DNA of 51,775 nucleotides from Escherichia phage vB_EcoP_06: sequence record PP532814.1; one strand, 5' to 3'. Shown piece by piece: positions 45,312 to 51,775 of this stretch (position 1 is its first letter; each line of letters starts with the position of its first letter). The notes under the pieces were generated by a model. It saw only the letters and a program-made list of their open reading frames with translations, ran no database searches and was not told where the DNA came from. The position numbers and the translations under genes were made by a program.

Positions 45312-45541
45312 TGTTTGGAATGAACGAGGCACAATTCAACGCTGCAAAACGCCAGGCTAAGAAGTGCGGCGAGGCAATGAAGGCGGATGTTGAAAAGCGC
45401 GGGAAGTATGTTGATGAAGTCATGAAGGGCATTATTGCCGAACATTATCAGCCAGTTGCGCCAATGCTGACAATTACCCAATTCATCTGGTTGTGTGGTT
45501 ATCTTCGTGGGAGATGGGGAAACGCATTCGACCGCGAATGA
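45311..45541 (+). CDS. hypothetical protein (76 aa)
   Basis: ORF in early block. Confidence 0.35.
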   Translation: MFGMNEAQFNAAKRQAKKCGEAMKADVEKRGKYVDEVMKGIIAEHYQPVAPMLTITQFIWLCGYLRGRWGNAFDRE

Positions 45542-45570
45542 TTGACAACGATTTCCTGATTGGTTAGCAT
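45542..45570 (+). promoter_or_regulatory. sigma70-like promoter (TTGACA-17-TAGCAT)
   Basis: Consensus -35 with 17-bp spacer and partial -10; followed about 65-100 nt downstream by a hairpin terminator. Confidence 0.4.
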
Positions 45571-45633
45571 ATTCAACGTTTACATAAGAGCGGCGTTAGT
45601 GCCGAACGGGTGGCGCGGTTGCCACGCAACAAC

Positions 45634-45675
45634 GGCGATATGCAGGTTTTTACCGGAAGACGTATCGCCTTTTTT
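45634..45675 (+). terminator. hairpin terminator or attenuator immediately upstream of 45688 gene
   Basis: Stem GGCGATA ... TATCGCC followed by TTTTTT. Confidence 0.45.
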
Positions 45676-45687
45676 ATAGGTGAATAT

Positions 45688-45921
45688 ATGGAAAAGTACA
45701 AATTAACTTTCATGTTTGACAGTATGGTGATGAATCCATTAAATGGTTACGCTTGCAATAGCTTTTCCGTTACCGTTAATGAGGATGAAATTGATGATGA
45801 TGGTAAATTTATTCGGATAGGTGATTACATTTATCCTATTCACAATATCAATTGCATCAAGCGCGAAATTGTTAAAGATGAAGTACAAAGTAAAGCTGAC
45901 AATCAGACGAATGGGGCGTAA
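45688..45921 (+). CDS. hypothetical protein (77 aa)
   Basis: RBS AGGTGAATAT before ATG 45688, directly after a hairpin terminator; track ORF begins at an upstream GTG inside the hairpin. Confidence 0.4.
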   Translation: MEKYKLTFMFDSMVMNPLNGYACNSFSVTVNEDEIDDDGKFIRIGDYIYPIHNINCIKREIVKDEVQSKADNQTNGA

Positions 45922-46063
45922 TTGCTCGTCATGCAAACAAAGTTTTGAATGTGAGGTTGAAGCGCGCGGAGAGCTTGAGGCAGCAGCAAGAGCAAAAGAG
46001 TTATCCGGCGCTAATCAAGACTCTCACCAGTTTTCAATAGATCTTGTAAGGAAAATATCATGA
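45911..46063 (+). CDS. hypothetical small CxxC protein (about 50 aa); start uncertain
   Basis: CSSCKQSFEC motif; no clear RBS; overlaps 3' end of previous gene in another frame. Confidence 0.2.
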   Translation: MGRNCSSCKQSFECEVEARGELEAAARAKELSGANQDSHQFSIDLVRKIS

Positions 46064-46299
46064 GTTCTGTAATTATTGGTTTGGTTGCTTTAATCATTGG
46101 TGTTCTAATCGGCTTTGTCGCTGTATCTTTCGTGGTGGCTGTTGGTGTTCGCTATAAGTCAAAAAAAGGTGAATTTGCTTTAGCGTTTTGGGATGAAGAA
46201 CAGAAAGTTTGGCAGGTTCGCGGTCACTACTTATCAATCGGCGGCAGGATTCACAGCACTATGAAGACAAATCCAGAAAAAGTAAAATACAAGTATTGA
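46060..46299 (+). CDS. hypothetical membrane protein (79 aa)
   Basis: N-terminal transmembrane segment VIIGLVALIIGVLIGFVAVSFVVAV; terminator after stop. Confidence 0.4.
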   Translation: MSSVIIGLVALIIGVLIGFVAVSFVVAVGVRYKSKKGEFALAFWDEEQKVWQVRGHYLSIGGRIHSTMKTNPEKVKYKY

Positions 46300-46306
46300 A
46301 CAACTA

Positions 46307-46328
46307 CCCGCCAAATGGCGGGTTTTTT
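46307..46328 (+). terminator. rho-independent terminator separating early block from packaging genes
   Basis: Hairpin CCCGCC-AAAT-GGCGGG followed by TTTTTTAT. Confidence 0.75.
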
Positions 46329-46379
46329 ATTGTTTGCAATTTGTCTATAATGAGTCTTTGTTATAAAGGAGGGCGCATT

Positions 46380-46901
46380 ATGGCTAAAAACGTTGAGCCA
46401 GCAGTAAAGGCTTGCAATTTTAAAAAACTATATAATAAGCAATATGGCGATATTGCAAAAATGACAAAGGCGCACAAGTACACGCCGGAGCAGGTATTTG
46501 ATCTGGCTGTCCGTTACTTTACTTGGGCTGAGGAAAACCATATACAGGCTGCTGAAACGGCATCCTTTCAGGGTGACGTATACGAAAGCAAGATTCACAA
46601 GCCGCGCGTGTTCACCTTAAATGGATTCCGCTTATTCGCTGGTCTTTCTGCTTCCGTGCTTGAAAAATGGCGACGCGAGCCAGGATTCAGCGATGTTATG
46701 GACTTTATCGACGGCGTTGTTTACGAGCAAAAATTCCAGCTTGCTGCAAACAATATTGTTAACGCCGGATTCATTGGTAAAGAGATCGGCATTGAAAAGC
46801 CAGCCACCGTTACCATTGAGAATAACACAAGCGCCAGCGTTGACGCTGTAACGGCGGAGGAAGTCAAAGAGGCGGTAATTGACATTCTGGAGAAGATATA
46901 A
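46380..46901 (+). CDS. terS: terminase small subunit (putative)
   Basis: 173-aa ORF with RBS AAAGGAGGGCGCATT immediately upstream of, and overlapping, the large terminase gene. Confidence 0.55.
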   Translation: MAKNVEPAVKACNFKKLYNKQYGDIAKMTKAHKYTPEQVFDLAVRYFTWAEENHIQAAETASFQGDVYESKIHKPRVFTLNGFRLFAGLSASVLEKWRREPGFSDVMDFIDGVVYEQKFQLAANNIVNAGFIGKEIGIEKPATVTIENNTSASVDAVTAEEVKEAVIDILEKI

Positions 46902-48469
46902 TGCTGATTTGGGAAGACTTAACAGCGGCGCAAAAACGCGCCGTTAAGGAAATGAGCGAATATTCATTCGAAAAGATGATCCGCATTTGGTTCCAACTTC
47001 TCCAGGGGCAAAGGTTCTTGGGAAACTGGCATTTCAGCTACCTATGCAGCGAAGTTGAAAAAATCATCAAAGGAGAGTCACAGAATGTAATTTTCAACAT
47101 AACGCCAGGCAGTGGTAAAACAGAGATATTCTCGATCCACATGTCACCTTATGCGTCATTGAAAAGTAAGAAGGTGCGAAATCTTAATCTTTCGTTTAGT
47201 GATGGCCTTGTCCAACAGAATAGCAACCGCATCAAAGAGATTATTGGTTCTCCAGAATGGCAGGAGCTATGGCCTGGAAAGCTGGCAAAGGCGAGCGCAA
47301 AGGATTTGATTGTAACAGATGGCGGCAAGGTTAAATTACAAGTCAACTCGCGTTCTATTGGTGGTCAGGTTACTGGTCTGCGTGGCGGATACATGGACGA
47401 TGGTTTTACTGGTATGCTGGTTCTTGATGATCCAGACAAACCGGATGACATGCTTTCTAAGGTGAAGCGCGAAGCCGGACATATGCGCCTAAAGAACACG
47501 GTGCGATCGCGTCGAATGAAGGACACCACGCCAATTGTGATGGTTCAACAACGGCTACACGTCAATGATTCAACGTGGTTCATGACAAACGGCGGCATGG
47601 GCGGCATCCAGTTTAAGGTGGTTAGTATTCCGGCGCTCGTTACTAAGGAATACCGCGAAACGCTTCCTGACTGGTTAAAGCCTGAGTTTGATCGCGATGT
47701 TTTGTCCAGTAAGCCAGTGATGATTGATGGTGTTGCTCATTATTCGTTCTGGCCTGCTAAGGAAAGCGCGGAGGAATTACTTGCACTTCGAAATGCTGAT
47801 CCGTACACGTTCGCTAGTCAGTATCAGCAACAGCCTGTTGCGCTTGGCGGTAACGTGTTTAAAACAGAGTGGTTCCAGTATTACGGCAGCAGCGAGAAAT
47901 GCACGCTACCAAAACCGGATCGCTTTGAATATACATTTATCACGGTTGATACCGCGCAGAAAACAGGTGAGCTTAACGACTACTCCGTGATATGTTATTG
48001 GGGGATGTATAAAGATCGTGTCTACTTCATTGATGGCGTTCGCGGAAAATGGGAAGCACCGGACCTTGAGACGAATTTTGTTGCATTCGTTAATCAGTGC
48101 TGGAAGCGCAATAAAGAATGCGGAACGTTGCGAAGGATTCATGTTGAAGATAAATCGTCTGGCACTGGCTTGATTCAGAGTGCAGCGAAAAAAATCATGA
48201 TCAAGATCAATCCCGTTCAGCGCGATAAAGACAAGGTTACTCGTGCAATGGATGCAGCGCCAGTAATGCGCGCCGGACGCGTAGCACTTCCAGAATCGCA
48301 TCCTATGCTGGCTGAGATACTCGCTGAAGTTGCGGCGTTTACATTCGATGATAGCCATCCTCATGATGATATTGTTGATAACATCATTGATGCGGTTAAC
48401 ATTGAAATGAACATGGCAGATGATCCGGTAGGAAGAATGAAAAAACTGGCAGGTTTGCGGAACAAATAG
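46901..48469 (+). CDS. terL: terminase large subunit
   Basis: 522 aa; ATPase motifs (Walker A-like NITPGSGKTE, Walker B-like MLVLDDPD) followed by nuclease-type acidic residues; position before portal. Confidence 0.8.
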   Translation: MLIWEDLTAAQKRAVKEMSEYSFEKMIRIWFQLLQGQRFLGNWHFSYLCSEVEKIIKGESQNVIFNITPGSGKTEIFSIHMSPYASLKSKKVRNLNLSFSDGLVQQNSNRIKEIIGSPEWQELWPGKLAKASAKDLIVTDGGKVKLQVNSRSIGGQVTGLRGGYMDDGFTGMLVLDDPDKPDDMLSKVKREAGHMRLKNTVRSRRMKDTTPIVMVQQRLHVNDSTWFMTNGGMGGIQFKVVSIPALVTKEYRETLPDWLKPEFDRDVLSSKPVMIDGVAHYSFWPAKESAEELLALRNADPYTFASQYQQQPVALGGNVFKTEWFQYYGSSEKCTLPKPDRFEYTFITVDTAQKTGELNDYSVICYWGMYKDRVYFIDGVRGKWEAPDLETNFVAFVNQCWKRNKECGTLRRIHVEDKSSGTGLIQSAAKKIMIKINPVQRDKDKVTRAMDAAPVMRAGRVALPESHPMLAEILAEVAAFTFDDSHPHDDIVDNIIDAVNIEMNMADDPVGRMKKLAGLRNK

Positions 48470-48485
48470 CACGAATCGACAAACC
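48465..48485 (+). promoter_or_regulatory. degenerate promoter box (AATAGCACGAATCGACAAACC) between terL and portal
   Basis: Box-like sequence followed closely by TATAAT and then a hairpin terminator; atypical spacing. Confidence 0.3.
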
Positions 48486-48496
48486 AATATATAATC

Positions 48497-48521
48497 AAAG
48501 GCTGGTGAATCCAGCCTTTTT
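48497..48521 (+). terminator. rho-independent terminator or attenuator between terL and portal
   Basis: Hairpin GGCTGG-TGAATC-CAGCC followed by TTTTTTAT, immediately before the portal RBS. Confidence 0.6.
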
Positions 48522-48537
48522 TATTGGAGGAAAGATA

Positions 48538-49818
48538 ATGAGTAAATCACGAATCGTTAAGGCTGACGGCTATAACGAGATATTTAAGGGCGAGAATTGC
48601 AAATCGCGAGTAGAGCAACCATTCTACATGCAATCAATGCCATACAAGACACTTGCTGACTTTTACGAAAAAGATGGCCTGGCAAAAAGGGTTATTGACG
48701 TAGTACCAGAGGAAATGGTTTCCCCTGGCTTTACTGTTGACGGCGTGGCAGACGAGGCAGCATTCCGTTCTTTGTGGGATGAGAAGCGACTTAATGCAAA
48801 AATTATTGATGCGCTTTGCTGGTCGCGTTTGTTTGGCGGATCTGCAATCATTGCTCTTGTTCAGGATGGGCGGGCGCTCAAATCACCTGTAAAGCCTGGT
48901 GCCATGTTGGAGGATGTGCGAGTTTACGATCGCTATCAGATTCGCGTTGAAGCGCGCGAAACTAATCCCCGCAAGGTTCGCTATGGTGAGCCAGTGCTTT
49001 ACACTGTAACGCCAGGCGGAGACTTGCCGGAATACCAGGTACATTACACGCGCGTTTGCATTATCGACGGTGAGCGGATACCTAACGCAAAGCGACGCAG
49101 CAATGATGGCTGGGGTGAGTCAGTGCTTAACAAGCGGCTTGTTGAGGCTATTGTTGATTATAACTATTGTGAAACATTGGCAACGCAATTATTGCGGCGG
49201 AAGCAACAGGCGGTATGGAAGGCTAAAGGACTCGCTGACTTGTGCGATGATGAGGAAGGTGTTAGCGCGGCACGACTGAGACTTGCGCAGGTTGACGACG
49301 AGGGCGGAGTTGGCAAGGCCATTGGTATTGATGCTGAGGATGAGGAATATGATGTTCTTAATTCTGACATCAGCGGCGTTGATTCTTTCTTGGAAAAGAA
49401 AATGGATCGCATCGTTTCCCTTTCAGGTATTCATGAAATCATCCTGAAAAATAAAAACGTTGGCGGCGTTAGCGCAAGCCAAAACACGGCGCTTGAAACA
49501 TTCTATAAGCTGATTGAACGAAAACGAGTTGAGGATTACAAGCCTATCCTTGAATTTCTATTGCCGTTCATCATTAGTGAGCAGGAGTGGAGCATTGAGT
49601 TTTCACCTTTGAGCGTGCCTAGCGATAAAGATCAGGCTGAAATTCTGAATAAGAATATCGACTCAATCAGCAAGGCTATTGATGGTCAGTTCCTTGATGT
49701 TGAAGAAGCGCGAGACACGTTGCGAGCAATCGCCCCAAGCGTTAAACTAAAGGAAACTAATAAAATCAAGCTGCCGGATCCGACTGAGCCGGAGCCAGGC
49801 ACACAGGGGAATGAGTAA
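48538..49818 (+). CDS. portal protein
   Basis: 426 aa from RBS-supported ATG (TGGAGGAAAGATA), between terminase and head morphogenesis genes. Confidence 0.7.
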   Translation: MSKSRIVKADGYNEIFKGENCKSRVEQPFYMQSMPYKTLADFYEKDGLAKRVIDVVPEEMVSPGFTVDGVADEAAFRSLWDEKRLNAKIIDALCWSRLFGGSAIIALVQDGRALKSPVKPGAMLEDVRVYDRYQIRVEARETNPRKVRYGEPVLYTVTPGGDLPEYQVHYTRVCIIDGERIPNAKRRSNDGWGESVLNKRLVEAIVDYNYCETLATQLLRRKQQAVWKAKGLADLCDDEEGVSAARLRLAQVDDEGGVGKAIGIDAEDEEYDVLNSDISGVDSFLEKKMDRIVSLSGIHEIILKNKNVGGVSASQNTALETFYKLIERKRVEDYKPILEFLLPFIISEQEWSIEFSPLSVPSDKDQAEILNKNIDSISKAIDGQFLDVEEARDTLRAIAPSVKLKETNKIKLPDPTEPEPGTQGNE

Positions 49819-50582
49819 TGAAAGTGAAAGGCGTTGTTAAACAATGGCGCTTTCCTGAAGCAAGCGAGCGGCAATTTAGCCGCTCAATTCAGGAGGCAAT
49901 TAGAGATCTGGTGGTCATCATGCGCAAGCGAACAAAAGCGATGAAGTTTGACGCAACAGATAATGAGATCAACAGCGCAGAAGATGAAATTAACAACCTG
50001 GCAACTGACCTTATAGCTGGCATTGTTTCAACTCTTCCCGCAATCGCGTTGACCATTTATAAATTCAATGCGAAGCAGTTTATCAATGTTGCCAAGTCAA
50101 CTGGCGGAAAGGATAATACGGCGGTAATTGTTTTGATCGCGGTTGGCGCTAACGCTAACGAGGATTGGTATCAGACGCTCTACGGTCAATGGCACGGGCT
50201 TACAGAATCATCGCTAAGGAAGTTATTCACAAACATTGTTTCTGATTGGTCAACAAACATTCGCAATGCAAACTTTCGCGGAAGCAATGATAAACAGGTT
50301 AATGATCTTGCAGAAAAGAGATTTGCTGTTTATAGCTCATGGGGTAAAACTAGATCAGAAAACATTATCGGCGCGTGGAATAGTCGCCTGATGCGCCAGC
50401 GCATTTATGATGCTAAGGTAACTCATTATTTCTGGCATGGAATGTTAGATGATAGAGAGCGTTTGCAACATGTATTATGGGAAGGAAAAAGAATAGCTCT
50501 TGATGCAATTCATGATTTCCCTGGTGAGCCGTGGGGTTGCCGTTGCTGGGCGATTCCAGATTGGAATAGTAAAGGAGAATAA
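49818..50582 (+). CDS. minor head protein (Mu F-like head morphogenesis protein)
   Basis: Position after portal; C-terminal conserved-looking HDFPGEPWGCRCW. Confidence 0.5.
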   Translation: MKVKGVVKQWRFPEASERQFSRSIQEAIRDLVVIMRKRTKAMKFDATDNEINSAEDEINNLATDLIAGIVSTLPAIALTIYKFNAKQFINVAKSTGGKDNTAVIVLIAVGANANEDWYQTLYGQWHGLTESSLRKLFTNIVSDWSTNIRNANFRGSNDKQVNDLAEKRFAVYSSWGKTRSENIIGAWNSRLMRQRIYDAKVTHYFWHGMLDDRERLQHVLWEGKRIALDAIHDFPGEPWGCRCWAIPDWNSKGE

Positions 50583-50585
50583 TTA

Positions 50586-51698
50586 ATGAAGGCAAAACAA
50601 AGATTTGATAGCGTCCATGTTAAGGCGCATTTTGATGATAATGGCTTTTTAGTGGATCGCCCAATTGTGGCGCGAATTGGTTTGCAGGAGTACCGCACAC
50701 CGTATGGAATCAGACGAGAGTTCCGACCAGCGTCAGAGGTGTTTAAGGCTGATTCCCTTGCTACGTTCGCAGGCAAGCCGATCACTATCGGTCACGTCAC
50801 GGTAACGCCAGACAATGCGGATCAGGTTGTTGTTGGTTCATGCGCTGGTGCTGGTGTTCCAAATGGTGTTGGCGTTGAAGTTCCGTTAAGTATTTACTCA
50901 AAGCGAGCAATTGAGAGCGCAAAAAAGAAAGACACGGCGGAAATTTCAGTTGGTTACACATCAATTGATATTGATAAGCCAGGTTGGGGTAATAATAAAA
51001 CTGGCGATTACTTGTTTGAGGAAGACATTAAGGAAGACTGGAAGCCTGATTCCCCTGATTGGGTCAAATTTGACGCCATTCAGACGAATATCCGCGTCAA
51101 CCACATTGCGCTTGTCTTTCGTGGTCGTGCTGGCATTGCCAAATTAAATCTTGATAGTGAACAAGATTTTCCGTATAGTGACGAGGTTCTAAATGACAAA
51201 GGAGATGAGGAAATGACAGTAAAAATTAAACTTGATGGCGCGGTAGAATTTGATGTTCCAAAGGCCGTTGCTGATCATATTGAGGCGTTAAAGGCAGATG
51301 CAAAAGCTGCAACCGAAAAAGCTGATGGCCTTGAGGCCGAGCGCGACGCCCTGAAAACTAAAGTCGATGGCATTCCGGCGCAGATTGCAGAAGCTGTTAA
51401 GAAGGCAAAGACTGACGCAGAAGAACACGCCAAGCTGGTTGCAGATGCAACTGAAATTGGCATCAAGTGTGACGGCCTGGACGCTAAAGCGATCAAAGTT
51501 GCTTACGTCAAAGAAGTCACTGGCGCTGATATTTCAGAAAAAGCCGATGCATATATTGAAACAGCTTTTGACCTTGCGAAGCAGTCTGATAAAATGGCGG
51601 CGCAGCGTAAATCTGTTAAGGGCGATTCTTTCGAGTCTGGCAAGAATGAAAAAACCGACTCCCTTGATCCGACTGCGCGTTTGAAAAAACTTAAATAA
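50586..51698 (+). CDS. capsid scaffolding / prohead core protein (putative, possibly protease-scaffold)
   Basis: 370 aa; C-terminal half is Ala/Lys/Asp/Glu-rich, helical, scaffold-like; position between Mu-F-like gene and decoration/capsid genes. Confidence 0.45.
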   Translation: MKAKQRFDSVHVKAHFDDNGFLVDRPIVARIGLQEYRTPYGIRREFRPASEVFKADSLATFAGKPITIGHVTVTPDNADQVVVGSCAGAGVPNGVGVEVPLSIYSKRAIESAKKKDTAEISVGYTSIDIDKPGWGNNKTGDYLFEEDIKEDWKPDSPDWVKFDAIQTNIRVNHIALVFRGRAGIAKLNLDSEQDFPYSDEVLNDKGDEEMTVKIKLDGAVEFDVPKAVADHIEALKADAKAATEKADGLEAERDALKTKVDGIPAQIAEAVKKAKTDAEEHAKLVADATEIGIKCDGLDAKAIKVAYVKEVTGADISEKADAYIETAFDLAKQSDKMAAQRKSVKGDSFESGKNEKTDSLDPTARLKKLK

Positions 51699-51775
51699 GG
51701 AGAAATAAACATGGCTACAATTGGAGCAAGTTATTTTGCTGTAATGTCTCGTGCGTTACCTGGTCAGGTTTCTGA
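51649..51775. repeat. terminal direct repeat copy 2 (identical to 1..127)
   Basis: Exact identity with 1-127; the scaffold-like gene stop at 51696-51698 corresponds to 48-50. Confidence 0.9.

Noticed and set aside
45610-45687. Upstream GTG start of track ORF 45610..45921
   Set aside because: The extension overlaps a hairpin terminator and lacks an RBS; the ATG at 45688 with RBS AGGTGA is preferred
46209-46379. Upstream extension of the terminase small subunit ORF (track start 46209)
   Set aside because: The extension overlaps a strong terminator hairpin and the end of the preceding gene; the RBS-supported ATG at 46380 is the likely start

Overview
The window is a complete genome of a virulent, T1-like (Drexlerviridae-type) siphovirus: 51,648 bp of unique sequence plus a 127-bp overlap, since bases 1-127 are identical to 51649-51775. 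No integrase, CI-type repressor, tRNA, rRNA or CRISPR array was recognised. Gene order, clockwise: (i) a late plus-strand block with terminase small and large subunits, portal, Mu-F-like minor head protein and scaffold-like protein (46380-51698), continuing across the junction into two paralogous decoration-like genes, major capsid, connector and neck genes, major tail, chaperones, tape measure and a lambda-like tail tip (M, L, K, I, J homologues) (63-14196); (ii) a reverse-strand, AT-rich locus with two candidate receptor-binding genes and a lipoprotein that may mediate superinfection exclusion (14225-15389); (iii) a recombination module with a PD-(D/E)xK exonuclease, Erf-like annealing protein, SSB and an HNH endonuclease (15892-18954); (iv) a reverse-strand lateral tail fibre with a C-terminal intramolecular-chaperone domain, a primase and a Cro-like HTH protein (18981-23681); (v) an SF2 helicase, VRR-NUC nuclease, Dam methyltransferase, HNH-AP2 homing endonuclease, an HTH-metallophosphoesterase fusion and a lysis cassette of holin, SAR endolysin and unimolecular spanin (23771-30680); (vi) two divergent blocks of small early genes (30694-36790 minus; 37465-46299 plus), which include a DUF3987-like ATPase, a short Dcm-like C5-methyltransferase, a T4 Pnk-like 3'-phosphatase and a dNMP-kinase-like P-loop protein. 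The most distinctive sequence-level signal is a conserved 21-bp box (consensus AATAGCACTTTTTGTTAAAAC), present in about 20 copies; in about 17 of them it sits 17-18 bp upstream of a -10-like hexamer in place of a -35 element. No single undescribed system could be established from sequence alone; candidates are listed as findings. All functional calls rest on motif recognition and remembered family sequences, not database searches. Starts are anchored to the ORF track; coordinates of promoters, terminators and small ORFs were counted by hand and may be off by 1-2 bp.
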